In this document: positions 9,973 to 21,300 of the stretch, one piece after another | Layout: each line of letters opens with the position of its first letter | Numbering within the stretch: position 1 is the first letter of the stretch | IMG/VR virus record: IMGVR_UViG_3300031857_000047 | Location: 46,956-110,955 of that record | Length of the DNA: 64,000 bases | Strand: one strand, 5' to 3' | Origin: a virus | Program-made: the position numbers and the translations under genes | The notes under the pieces: generated by a model | Databases searched by the model: none | Seen by the model: the letters and a program-made list of their open reading frames with translations, nothing else | Told to the model about the DNA's origin: nothing

Positions 9973-10977
9973 TTAGCAGGTAGGACAGGTAGGAGCAGAT
10001 GTTACTGAAATTTCTTCTGTTGTAGATTGAAGAATAGGAAAGTTTTCAATTCCTTTTTTTACAGATTCTACAATGGCATTTTCAACTTTTTCATTCATCT
10101 TCATAATACCGTCGTTGCCACGATCTGCAACATCGTCCATGGTAATTCTAATTGGGCTGTATTGACGAATTTCTCCGCCCATATCTAAAATATCTAATTT
10201 ATCGTAGTCCATATAGGTAACATTAATTGGAAAAGTTGAACCAAGCACTACCGATAGCGGCTTGTTTAACGCTACCGCTAGATGTTGTCCCACCGAGTCA
10301 CAGCCTAGGAAATAGTCAGCTTGGCCAATAATTCCTGCCCACTGCCTTAGTGATACATTTTGAGGTAGGGCCACGGGATCTTTGCAACCGTGTTTTTGAA
10401 AGTCTATTCCAAGTTCACTCATTACAATAACACCTAGGTCTTCTTTTTGTAATTTTTTTACAATCTCAATCACATGGACGCCTTCAAAGCTTCTACCGCT
10501 TGGATCATATATGATATTATTGTCGGCCTTAACTCCGCGGCCAAACGGTTGGAATACAACTACTTTTTTCTTTCCGGTTTTTTCTTTTACTTCTTTAACA
10601 ATGTTAAATCCTAGTATAGATTCGTCATTAGATAATTTTAAAAATGGCTGCTGTAGTTCTCTAATGCCTTTGTTGTTTATGGCAATATCATATGCTTGTG
10701 CAATAGAACATTTTTGATTGAAATATTCCCAAACTCGATAGGGCTCAGGAGTAATTAAATCGCAATTAATTAATTTGTCTTCAAATAAATTTTTGTGCCA
10801 ATGATCGTAGCACCTTGAATGTAATATTGGGTGACCTCTGTAGAAGTCTGTTCCACCTTCGCAGACAACTATAAAATTTTTATCAACTTCTTCGGCGTAT
10901 TTTTCTAAGGCAGGTATTGAACAGAGTACACGGCCGGCGCCTCCGTTAATAAAAAATGCTTTGGTTCGTTCTGTCAT
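9973..10977 (-). CDS. GT-B glycosyltransferase, GT9 (heptosyltransferase)-like
   Basis: N-terminal GGAGRVLCSIPALE, VVFQPFG, and SLRQWAGIIGQADYFLGCDSVGQHLAVALNKP, matching the GT9 D-S-G-x-x-H-L-A motif. Confidence 0.7.
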   Translation of the reverse strand: MTERTKAFFINGGAGRVLCSIPALEKYAEEVDKNFIVVCEGGTDFYRGHPILHSRCYDHWHKNLFEDKLINCDLITPEPYRVWEYFNQKCSIAQAYDIAINNKGIRELQQPFLKLSNDESILGFNIVKEVKEKTGKKKVVVFQPFGRGVKADNNIIYDPSGRSFEGVHVIEIVKKLQKEDLGVIVMSELGIDFQKHGCKDPVALPQNVSLRQWAGIIGQADYFLGCDSVGQHLAVALNKPLSVVLGSTFPINVTYMDYDKLDILDMGGEIRQYSPIRITMDDVADRGNDGIMKMNEKVENAIVESVKKGIENFPILQSTTEEISVTSAPTCPTC

Positions 10978-11050
10978 GTGTGATCCCTAAATGTTTTTGA
11001 TACTATATAATTTAGCATCTTTTCAAGGAGAGAGCAATATTTCTGAACTC

Positions 11051-11079
11051 AAAAAAAAAGGAGCAATGCTCCTTTTTTT
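11051..11079 (-). terminator. Intrinsic terminator ending the fibre operon (bidirectional geometry)
   Basis: AAAAAAAAAGGAGC-AAT-GCTCCTTTTTTT inverted repeat with A and T runs on both sides. Confidence 0.75.
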
Positions 11080-11731
11080 ATTCAGTGCCGTCGGGCGCCG
11101 TTATTGGTTGTACTTTCCAGGGATCTATAGGCGGCGTACCGCCTGGAGCAGCACCAAACGTCTGTGGAATATCTCTGAGTTTTTGACGATGTTCTTCCCA
11201 TTTGGCTTTGATAGCAGCAGGCATGTCGTCTATAACTCTAGGGTCAGACATTTGTAAATTTCTGTTTCTCCACTCACGAATATCTTGCCATGTTACATGT
11301 GGTTTTTTCCATGGATACGGAGTGACAAATGTATTTGTGATAGGATCATATGCAATCTCAGTCATTTCATAAGTGTGATCTGGAGGAGGAACCAACGGTC
11401 TACGATATACTGTGCCGTCTGGCAGTGTTTCTTCATGTTGGTCTAAAAGATTATAATCTCGAACTTCATCAGCTCCTACTAGGCAGGCTAATAAAGGATT
11501 AAGATTGCAGTCAATTTCTACTTTTATAAGATTTAAGGGTGTTGGGTAAGTCGCTCCATCCTCATCTGGAGTTTTAAAATCTCCGGTAAGTCTGTTAGTT
11601 TCTGCGTCAACAAATACCCAAATTTTATCGTGGCCGTCGTAAGTCCAAACTCCGACTTTGTTCAATGTTCGAGTTTGATGTAGGTAATCGTCAGGCACAT
11701 CGTAGGTAAATGATTTTTGAATTTTTGGCAT
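11078..11731 (-). CDS. Tail fibre assembly chaperone-like protein
   Basis: C-terminal WQDIREWRNRNLQMSD...WEEHRQKLRDIP motif typical of phage tail-assembly chaperones. Paralogue of 13269..13925. Confidence 0.7.
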   Translation of the reverse strand: MPKIQKSFTYDVPDDYLHQTRTLNKVGVWTYDGHDKIWVFVDAETNRLTGDFKTPDEDGATYPTPLNLIKVEIDCNLNPLLACLVGADEVRDYNLLDQHEETLPDGTVYRRPLVPPPDHTYEMTEIAYDPITNTFVTPYPWKKPHVTWQDIREWRNRNLQMSDPRVIDDMPAAIKAKWEEHRQKLRDIPQTFGAAPGGTPPIDPWKVQPITAPDGTE

Positions 11732-11735
11732 TTTT

Positions 11736-12488
11736 TTATCCGTAAGTTACTGAAACAAGGCCACCACCACCGTGGCCGCCGCACCAGCAGTTGCCGCCAA
11801 TGGTATGCACACTCATGCCGCCGCCGCCTGGAAAATATGACTTAGTGAACCAGTTGGTACACGATCCATTAGGTGAACCGTTAATACAACCGCCTGGACC
11901 AAACATAGGGCCAGATGCTGTAGCTGCTGCTAACATGGCATGCTGCTGGAATGCTTGTGCGCACCAATTATAACTTTGATATGTACTGTGTTGACCGTGG
12001 ATACAAATATCTCCGCCAAATCCGTTACAGCAGTGTGTAAAAGGTATGCAGCAAGGATGACAAAATTGATAGAAACAATGAGTGTCTCCATAATTTCCAC
12101 CCTTGGCACAAAAATTACTAAGACCAAATCCTTGAACAAAACTGTCGCATCCAGCACAGCCGATACAGTTGGGTGATGTACTGGTAGTTCCGCCGGCACA
12201 AATTGTGTATTGGCATCCGCCAAGATTGGTGCTGCATACAGTTTTTACCGCATATGCACCGGCACCGCCGGGATTACCTTGTTGGCAGCAGCAACCACCG
12301 CCGCCACCACCGCCGCCACCCCACATCTCAAATTTAACATATCGAGTATTAGAAGGCAATGTAAATTGACAGCAACGTCCTCCGTTAGCCGGACTATCCA
12401 CGCTGGTGTTATAGATCAAAACTTCTGTAGGAAAATTGGTAGCTGCAATAGCAGTAATTGTCCCTGTTAACGCTTTTAGAGTTGCCAT
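11736..12488 (-). CDS. Cys/Gly-rich fibre-tip/adhesin-like protein C
   Basis: About 24 Cys in 250 aa. FEMWGGGGGGGGGCCC, FPGGGG and C-terminal GGGGLVSVTYG. Confidence 0.65.
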   Translation of the reverse strand: MATLKALTGTITAIAATNFPTEVLIYNTSVDSPANGGRCCQFTLPSNTRYVKFEMWGGGGGGGGGCCCQQGNPGGAGAYAVKTVCSTNLGGCQYTICAGGTTSTSPNCIGCAGCDSFVQGFGLSNFCAKGGNYGDTHCFYQFCHPCCIPFTHCCNGFGGDICIHGQHSTYQSYNWCAQAFQQHAMLAAATASGPMFGPGGCINGSPNGSCTNWFTKSYFPGGGGMSVHTIGGNCWCGGHGGGGLVSVTYG

Positions 12489-12502
12489 TTAATTTTGATT
12501 CC

Positions 12503-13264
12503 TTATTTGAAAGTGACCAGTACTTGGCCGCCGGCGCCCCATCCGCCCCAACAGCAAGCGCCATATGATATAGCTGTACCGCCACCGCCACCTGGGAATA
12601 TATTTCCGTTGCCCATAATTGCACAACCCATCCAGAATTCACCGCAATGAGTTGAACCAGTTCTTGCGCCGCCTCCGGCATATGTTCCTTGTGGAGTATA
12701 TTGCCATGCATCAAATCCGCACCATGATGCGTGAGCTGATCCTGTAAGTCCGCAAAGACTAAAGTCAGCGCCGCAGGTGCATCCGCAGATTGTAGTGGCG
12801 CAATGATAGCAACTAGAAATAGCGTAGAAGCAACTGCTGGTGCCGCCATACCCACCACTAGCACACAATGCTACTGGATATGAACTTGCTCCTGGATTGC
12901 ACACGCTACTAGGAAAACCCGAGGTACCTAGGCATGATTGAGAGCAACAGCCGCTGCCTCCTGCACATAGTCTATAGGTTTCGCCAGGAACCACTCGAGT
13001 AGTTTTTCTAGCATAGCTACCTGAACCACCACCCATTGAAGGCTGTTGACAGCAGCAGGCGCCACCGCCATCGCCACCGCCACCCCATACTTCAAAACGG
13101 GCCCACGTTGTTCCTGTAGGTACAGTCCATAGACAGCAAAAACCACCGTTGGTTACGTTGTCGTAACTGGTATTTCGAACATATAACTGATTAAATATGC
13201 CCGTTGCAGGCTGTATAATGTTTGTTGTAGCGGTATCTGGAAATAACGAAGTTAACGTTGCCAT
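12503..13264 (-). CDS. Cys/Gly-rich fibre-tip/adhesin-like protein B
   Basis: CCLWTVP, FEVWGGGGDGGGACCC, CCWGGWGAGGQVLVTFK. Confidence 0.65.
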   Translation of the reverse strand: MATLTSLFPDTATTNIIQPATGIFNQLYVRNTSYDNVTNGGFCCLWTVPTGTTWARFEVWGGGGDGGGACCCQQPSMGGGSGSYARKTTRVVPGETYRLCAGGSGCCSQSCLGTSGFPSSVCNPGASSYPVALCASGGYGGTSSCFYAISSCYHCATTICGCTCGADFSLCGLTGSAHASWCGFDAWQYTPQGTYAGGGARTGSTHCGEFWMGCAIMGNGNIFPGGGGGTAISYGACCWGGWGAGGQVLVTFK

Positions 13265-13268
13265 TTAA

Positions 13269-13925
13269 TTACCCCGCTTGGTCAGTAGGTGACGGCGTAG
13301 TGCCGGGCTCAATAGGAAACGGTACTTTCCAAGGATCAATACCTGCAAATACCCTAGGTAGATCTCTTAGTTTTTGTCTATATGTTTCCCAAGCTGTTTT
13401 ATCAACATCAGCTGCTTGTGCTATTTTTCCATCAGTTGCTTGTAACATAGCATTTCTAACATTTTTTAATGTTTCCCAATCCATGTGTGGTTTTTTCCAC
13501 GGATAAGGTTTTACAAATTTTTCTGTTGTAGCATTATATTGTATTTCTGTGAGTTCGTATGTATGATCAGGCGGAATAGGATTTGGATGACCGTATGTGC
13601 TGCCATCTGGTAATACTTCAGATGTATGAGGTAGTTCACCGTATATGGTCTCGTTATGGATGCAACTGGCAATTTCTGGATTTATAGCAGCATCTACCAT
13701 AACTTTGATCTGCCCTTGTGGCGTTGGTACAGTATCGCCATTATCTTTTTCAGTATAATGAAATCTACTCATAATTTTGTTAGTAGCTGCATCTACAAAT
13801 ATCCACAAATACCTAGGACCCTTATAAGTCCACTGGGCTGTTCTTTTCAAACTATTTGTTTGATAAAGGTATGCATCAGCAATATCATATGTGAATGTTT
13901 TTACGATTGGTGTGTTTTCTGCCAT
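13269..13925 (-). CDS. Tail fibre assembly chaperone-like protein
   Basis: WETLKNVRNAMLQATD...WETYRQKLRDLP. Shares PPDHTYE and PYPWKKPH with 11078..11731. Confidence 0.7.
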   Translation of the reverse strand: MAENTPIVKTFTYDIADAYLYQTNSLKRTAQWTYKGPRYLWIFVDAATNKIMSRFHYTEKDNGDTVPTPQGQIKVMVDAAINPEIASCIHNETIYGELPHTSEVLPDGSTYGHPNPIPPDHTYELTEIQYNATTEKFVKPYPWKKPHMDWETLKNVRNAMLQATDGKIAQAADVDKTAWETYRQKLRDLPRVFAGIDPWKVPFPIEPGTTPSPTDQAG

Positions 13926-13938
13926 TTTATTTTTCCTA

Positions 13939-14703
13939 TTATCCGTAATTTACTACTACTAGTCCGCCGGCACCCCAACCGCCCCAACAGCATCCGCCAC
14001 CGCAGGCTGTTGCACTATTACCGGGTCCTCCCGGATACGCCGGTGCGCCAAATGGTGAGCAGCCAGAGATAGTTAAACTTGTTGAGCAATGCTCTATACC
14101 TAAGAGTAGATTTGCTTTATATTTGGTTGGTCCTGATTTGAACTCGAACATATTTTGCCAGCAATAGTTTGATGTTTTTGGTTGACTCATGATCTTAGGC
14201 TGAGTAAAATCACTTGGTCCAACATCGCAACCCATTTTACACATACCAAAGCAGATACCTGTACAGCCTTGATAGCTTCTAAAACATTGTACGCATCCGC
14301 CGCATCCGCCGGCTGCGCAAGTCACTGTGGCTCCGCCAGCTTGGCATAATACCCAACTAGGATATCCACAGACTCCACAACACTGTGTATTACAGCAGCC
14401 GCTGCCGCCTGCACAAATGCAAAATTGTTGTCCTGCTGTAACTGCTAGATTCTTTTTAGAGTATGCACCACTTTCTGGACCATAGTAAGGACCCATACAA
14501 CAACATGCGCCACCACCCGAGCCACCACCGCCCCATGTTTCAAACACGGCCCAAGTAATTCCAGCTGGAACGGTCCATAGGCAGCATGATCCACCGTTAG
14601 TTACCGACGGAGTGTCGGTATTGTAAATTGCCAGTTGAAATTCTCTGTTGACCTGATTTACTGCACCGGAGTCGTTAACAAAAAATGATGTCAAATTTGC
14701 CAT
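13939..14703 (-). CDS. Cys/Gly-rich fibre-tip/adhesin-like protein A
   Basis: CCLWTVP, FETWGGGGSGGGACCC, CCWGGWGAGGLVVVNYG. Confidence 0.65.
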   Translation of the reverse strand: MANLTSFFVNDSGAVNQVNREFQLAIYNTDTPSVTNGGSCCLWTVPAGITWAVFETWGGGGSGGGACCCMGPYYGPESGAYSKKNLAVTAGQQFCICAGGSGCCNTQCCGVCGYPSWVLCQAGGATVTCAAGGCGGCVQCFRSYQGCTGICFGMCKMGCDVGPSDFTQPKIMSQPKTSNYCWQNMFEFKSGPTKYKANLLLGIEHCSTSLTISGCSPFGAPAYPGGPGNSATACGGGCCWGGWGAGGLVVVNYG

Positions 14704-14713
14704 TGTGGTTCTC

Positions 14714-15037
14714 TTATCTTGTAATTAACCAACCGTATGTAGCACCTGTCCACACTAATGTGACACAAGCATTGTTTACGTTGATTACTAAATCTTCATT
14801 CAAGTTTTGAATTTTTGAACCGTTTCTAGCAAGTGTAATGTTGCTTGAACCAGAAACACCGGTTGCGTCAATTACCTGAATGGTATCGTTCTCAATCAAG
14901 GTTGCCGTGGCAGGCAATGTGATTGTGAAACCACCAGTGGTGCAAATGATTCTATCATTAACTTGTGCCGCATATGCAGTGCCTACGGTTCTAGTCACGT
15001 TTTGTGCAGTACCGGTTGTTGTGATGTATCTTCCCAT
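14714..15037 (-). CDS. Small tail-fibre domain protein
   Basis: GGFTITLPA...DTIQVID...NITLARNGSKI...TYGW, a T4 gp34-N-like fibre module. Late promoter upstream. Confidence 0.65.
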   Translation of the reverse strand: MGRYITTTGTAQNVTRTVGTAYAAQVNDRIICTTGGFTITLPATATLIENDTIQVIDATGVSGSSNITLARNGSKIQNLNEDLVINVNNACVTLVWTGATYGWLITR

Positions 15038-15058
15038 TTTATTAATTCCTCGTATATG

Positions 15059-15065
15059 TATTTAT
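15059..15065 (-). promoter_or_regulatory. Late promoter ATAAATA
   Basis: Upstream of the 15037 start. Confidence 0.55.
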
Positions 15066-15382
15066 GTTGTAGATGTTTCAATGCCAAAAACAACTGCGCT
15101 GACATTGGCACCGCTTGATCTTACCACAATTTTTTGACCTGCTGCAACAATAATACCTGTTCTTTCTAGAACGCCACGACCTAAAACTTCAGTATCGTAT
15201 TCTAGATATTCTCCGTTTACTGGTGTATCCAAATCAGCGGTTGCAATTCTTACTGCAATTGCTTGGTTTGATCTATTACAAATGTTCACACTAAGCACTG
15301 CAAAATACCCTGATGGAACGGTGTAAACGCTAGTATTGGTAGCTGCTGCTAAATCTGCTATTCCTAATCTTCCTGTAGCCAT
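15062..15382 (-). CDS. Small beta-sandwich virion protein (family with 29610..29942 and 32738..33121)
   Basis: VYTVP...VNICNR...VLERTGII pattern shared among the three. Confidence 0.6.
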   Translation of the reverse strand: MATGRLGIADLAAATNTSVYTVPSGYFAVLSVNICNRSNQAIAVRIATADLDTPVNGEYLEYDTEVLGRGVLERTGIIVAAGQKIVVRSSGANVSAVVFGIETSTT

Positions 15383-15395
15383 TTAAATTTCTCCG

Positions 15396-18300
15396 TTATG
15401 CATTTAAAAATAAGTTCAGTGCGACAGCATATCCATCAACACCAGCTTTAAAGTTCACTTTACTATTTATGTTAATCTGTACATTAGTTGTAGTTGTGAT
15501 TTCTTGTCCTGCTATGAAAATAACACCTGCTGTTAACGTATTAACATTCAAGCTAGATCCGCCACCACCAATTTGACTTGAAATGTAGGCTTTAATAGCT
15601 CTTTGAGTTGGTATCACTGTATCCGAATCCGCCGTAAAGAACGGATCTGTTGAGAATTCAGTGATTGTTGCTCCACCTCCGCCCAACGCTAGTTCACCCA
15701 AACTTAGTTCGTTCAATCCTGCTAGATTAAATGCATCTGCATTTAATGTTGCAGTACCAGTTGACTGCTCAACGTTGAACAATCCACCAACTCTAAAATT
15801 ACCGTCTTGGTCAGTTGATGTATAGAATACACGACCGCCATTTGAATCAACTGTTTCGTTAGCAGGAATTGGGTCTGTTGTTGGTAGACCCGGATAATTG
15901 GTATTGGTTTGATTTCCAGTACCAATGTCTAAGAAGTCATGGCCTGTTAAACGCACCTGACTGTAGCGTCGTCTAATTGTAGTGACTGCGTTGTGGTCTG
16001 GTGATTCCAATGTTCCAACATCCGGACTTACTTGAATCTGAGCACTGTACGGACCCACACCTGTTAGATCTCTTACGTTGACGATTCTGTAATAGACATC
16101 GTCAATTCCTGCAATTTGCAAGTTTGCGCCGCCTCTTGGAACGTCTGTAAGATCTTTGAAGTCAATAAATGCGCCAACTTGATAGTTGTCTGCGTATCCG
16201 TCACCTGTTACAGTTGTAGATGATGCTGTGTAATTTGCACCTCTATTTGAATAGTTTGGTTGTGCCAATACTCCATCACCAATTCTAGCAACATAGGTTG
16301 CATCTGCACCTGTATTGTTAGGATCAACAATGGTCATTGTTGGTGCGCTGGTGTAATTAGATCCTGGCTCATGTACCCAAATTTCTCTTATGAGTCCGTC
16401 ATTTACCCATGCTCTACCACGTGCTCTTGTACCTACATATACTGCTAGTGCTCTTCGACCACCTTGATTGAATGTAAGGAATCCTGCATTGCCTGTAGGG
16501 TTGCCGTAGGCCGCTGCTGAATATAATTTACCAATAGTTCCAGCCATTGTGCCGGTGCCGGTAGTTAGTGTTACAACACTTCCTCCAACTGATGACGAAA
16601 TATTAAAGCGTGTTGCACTGGCAATTGATTTAATAAAATATCGAGTGCCGCTTGACACGCCACCAATAACTCCAGAACTAAATTGTACAGTGTCATTAAC
16701 TGATAAATCTGCGGTACTGGCCACTGTTAGGTAATTGGTATTAGCTTGATAGAACTGAGTCTTAACCGCTGAACTTCCGTATCCAACTACCACTGTGTTA
16801 TAAGCACCATCGCTTGCACCAGCATTCCAGTTGGCTGTGGTAGTCATAGTAATTTCTGTCCATGTTATACCATCTTCAGATATTGCTGATCTGCTGCTGT
16901 TATAGGCAGTTGCCACAAATACGCTACCGTTCCATGTTACATTTGTCCAACGGGCTGCTGCACCAGGTAATGTAGCAGCAGACCATGTAGTGCCGTTAGT
17001 GCTGTAGGCTGCAGATGTTGTAGTAGTACCACTGTTTCCAGCTACTGCTACAAATGTACTATTACCAAACGTTACACTGCTCCATCGTGTTGATGTTGGC
17101 AGTGTTCTAGCAGTCCATGTTGCACCGTTATCTACAGAGCTTGCGCCTGCTGTTGAGTTTGTGGTACTACCGCTAACTACAACAAAATAGTTAGTACCGC
17201 CAATATTTCCATAGGCAACGCTGGTCCATTCGTCGGTACCTGGCATAGTACTAGAAGACCATGAAGTTCCGTTAGTTGAATATTGTGCTACAGAAGAACT
17301 ATTACCAACTAGTACAAATGTTCCATTTCCGTAAGTAATAGCACTCCAATCTCGAACGGCTGTTAGTACGTTGCTTTGGAAACTAAATGTAATACCATCG
17401 CTGGAAGTTGCTACATCGTTTGAACTGATGTAAGGAATTACCCATGTGCCGCCACCGTAGGCAATGCATCGAGCATCGTCTGTACCTGTTGGGATAGTTC
17501 CTGCACTCCAAGTAGATCCACCGTTAGTTGAATATGCTACGTTTAATGTAGGACCCGATACTGCAACATATTTAGAACCGCCATATCCTACAGCACTCCA
17601 ATTTGCAACGGAAGATAACGTGCCTGATGCCCATGCTGTTGAATCATCTTCGGCAGTATCAGTCACGCTGATTGTTGCTACTGTTGTGCTTCTTGAAGTC
17701 CAATTTTTACCATCATGTGAACTAGCTGCAATTTCTCCGTCTGCAAGTGCAAGGAAAGTTCCACTACCGTATACAACTTTTCTCCAGTCTGCACTAACTG
17801 GCAGTGTTGAAGAATACCATGTTGCACCGTTGAAACTGTAAGCAACCATTGTTGCATTATCAGCAATTGCAACGAATCTTCCGTTACCGAATGCGATGTC
17901 AAACCAATTTGATTCTGTTGAATCAGCATTAGCTGGCATTGTTGTCACATTCCATGTAACGCCATCTGTAGACCATGCTACACTATTGCTAAAATTACCT
18001 TCAACAATGACAAATCGGCCATTACCAAACGCAATAGCTTTGGCGCCTGTTGATACGCTACCAACACTCCAGGTTAAGCCGCCATCTGATGATACTGCTC
18101 TGGATGTTGTGCCGGAATCGCTTTCACTTATTGCAACAAATTTTGCACTACCGTAGGCAATGCCTACCCAGTCACCACCTTCGCCAATAGAACTAGTCGA
18201 CCAGTTGACGCCGTCAACTGAGTGTGCTGCAATTGTGCCGTCTCTTACGATTGCAACATACTTGCTAACGCTAGAGTAAACACCGTACGCAATAGATTGC

Positions 18301-21300
18301 CAATCGCCAACTGCTGGTAATGTTACTTCGCTCCAAGTTGTTCCATCTATAGAATAACCTGCTTTATTTGTGCTAGATCCTACTGCAACATATGCTCCAG
18401 CAATTGCTGTGCCTGTTGCGGAAACTGCGGTAATACTACCATCTGTAGAATCTATTGCATCAACTGTTATGCTAATGTTGTTAGTTGGAGCTGCACCACC
18501 TACTGCTGTGCCAGCAATAGTTAATGTATTACCTACTACGAAATCAAATCCAGGAGAATTAATAGTTACAGTATATGTTCCATTTCTTCTTACAACATCA
18601 AATGTAGAACTAGATCCTACACCCCCTGTAGCACTTAAACCTAAGTAGCTGGCATAACCGTTTCCGTAAACAGCATCATTCCAATTTCTAGCAGTGGATA
18701 GCGATCTTATAGTTTTTGTATAACCAGGATCACTAAATGTAACTCTAGGTGTAATTTCATAAACTGTAGTAAGATCCAGTGAAGCCACAATTGGCGTACC
18801 TGGAATCACATGATCCCATCCTGCTGTACCGTCACTTTCTTTTCTAATAGTAGCAACTTTGCTTCCGTTGTTATAGGTTTGAATATAACCATACTGTCCT
18901 GCGCCTGTTCCTGCTGTAATAAACAAGTGCATGCCTACATAGGCTGTACTTAATGCGCTATCAGCAGCCGCAATAGTAATCTGTGTTGTATTTCCGCCTT
19001 GTGCTACGTTGCCAGAAGTTACATAACCAACACCGCCAGGTCCTGTGCTATCGCCCGGATCAGTTAATCTTACCTGATATAATCCGCCATTTCTAGTATC
19101 TATTGTAGATACTGCTGCTCCGGATCCTGCACCAGAAATAGTATAGCTAGCTGTTGAATAATCTAAACCAGCATTTAAATATTCCATAACTAGCAATTGA
19201 TTGCCGTCTGTGATAATACTTCTAACACTAGCTTCTTGGGCTTGGTTATCAACTGCTCCTGTAATCGGAGTTTCAGTAACATCATATCCTTCAGCAACAG
19301 AACCAAATGTTCCGTAGGAGTTATTACCGTTGGTAGCACGAATCTTACCACCGTTTTCAGCTAGATAGCCAATGTGATTGTAGTACGAGAACACCGAAAC
19401 AAGTTCTGCACGACCTAAGTTAGTAATCCATGCTCCAATACCGTCACTCAATACCTGTGTGAAGTCATTGCTAACAATAGAATCATTACCGCCTGCGTGT
19501 AAGCTGCCATCGATCTTTTGACCTACACAGGCAGTACCAAATGTTGTTACGTTTTGTACGTAAGTTGATTTGTTAGTAACCCATGCACGATCATCGTTAG
19601 GACCCCATCCTGGATCAAGAGATACATATGCACCTGCTAACGGACGTTGTGTACCCCATTCATTAACTGGGGTTAGTCCGTCTGCATCACCTGCACCTGC
19701 GGTATTACCGTCTGATGTACCATCTAGGCCTGTGAGTGTTTGATTACGAACACCGCAACCATTTCTTACATAGAACATGTCTTCTAGTTTAGAACCTGTA
19801 TAGGCATTTCTGTAATATCTAGCTGCCGTCACTGTGTTAAAATTGCCTGTATATACTAAATCTTTAGATATAGCATCAACATAATTTCTTACATCGTTTT
19901 CACAACGGGCAGCACTGTAGTACCAGTTAGCAACCATAGTACCGCTGGCTGCAGATAAATCAACTGCTGTGCCATTTAGGCTAGTTGAGATCTTAAAGGT
20001 TGTTGCTGTTAGTCCAGATGCTAATACATAGTAGGTTGTGTTTAGTGCAACATTACCAAATACAGTTCCTGTGAATCGTATTGTGTCGCCTGCAACTAAC
20101 CATGTTTGCGAACTACATGTAAATGTGTCTGTACTACCATCTGCTGATGATACAGTTGTTTTAAATGTATTGGCAACATATGCAGTAGCTTCTGCTGCTA
20201 AGAAATCTTTGTTAAGTTCAAGAATTTTAGCACCATTTATTAGATCGGTATCTGTTACCGGAATGTTTGTGCCAAATACAACCGGGCGTGTTCCTGTGTT
20301 GACATAGTCAATAGCATAATCCCATAGCTTACCGGCAGCAACTGTTGCTCCCGATGCTGCAATTTGTTTTGCCTTGTGTCCAATGAAGTCAATAATACCT
20401 AGAGTTGCTGCCAACTGATTGGCCACTACCAATAGTGCTGAACTAGTTCCTCTTCTATAGGCCATTCCTGCTTTGATAGAAGCAAAATTTGAGCCAAACA
20501 TCAAGTCGTAGCCTAATGCATCTACGATGTAGCCTACGTCTCTAGAACAGGTAGTTTCATTAAAGTTCAGTGTTGGGAATTCTCTCTTGATGTAAGTAAC
20601 TGAATCAGTTTGTACTGTAGATCTTAGACTGTTAAGTACTGTTCTTGCAGTTAACAATGCTGCTGACACCCAAGAAGTTGCAGGTGCTATTAGTGTTGGT
20701 AATACACCGTCGGCAGTAATAGTGTTAATAATTTCTTGTACACGCTCTTCGGCAAAATTCTTTGAACTGGTATTACCAGCAGTACCGCTAACATCTTGTG
20801 TTAGAGCGTTGCCTGCTGATACAGAAACTGCTGCTTCTGTAACAACCTGACCTACAACTGTTTTTAATCTTGCAAATGCTGCTAAGGTTGCTGCCTTTTC
20901 TCCGCTACCAAATGTTGCCTCACCGTAGCTGTAATATGCATCTGCTGCAATTCTTGTCTGTGTATTACCACCGTAGGTGATATCATATCGAGCTGCATCT
21001 AAAATGTATCCTACATCACGAGCACATGCCGCAGCATCATATGTAAATGATGTCGTGAACGGTGCAATGTTTCCTGCTACTTGAACAGCAATCCATGCAG
21101 TAATTTCTGCTTTGATAAATGCTGTGTTGGCTAAAATTTGTGCTCTAGCATTGTCATATGTAGATGTTGCACCAGTAACATTGCCAGTTGAAGCGTAAGC
21201 AGTATTGGTTAAACTTGTTCCCCAGTTTGTCGGACTTGGCAAAACAAATGCATCAACTGACCCTAGGCCGTTAGAAATAATATCTTTAATTTCAGTGATA

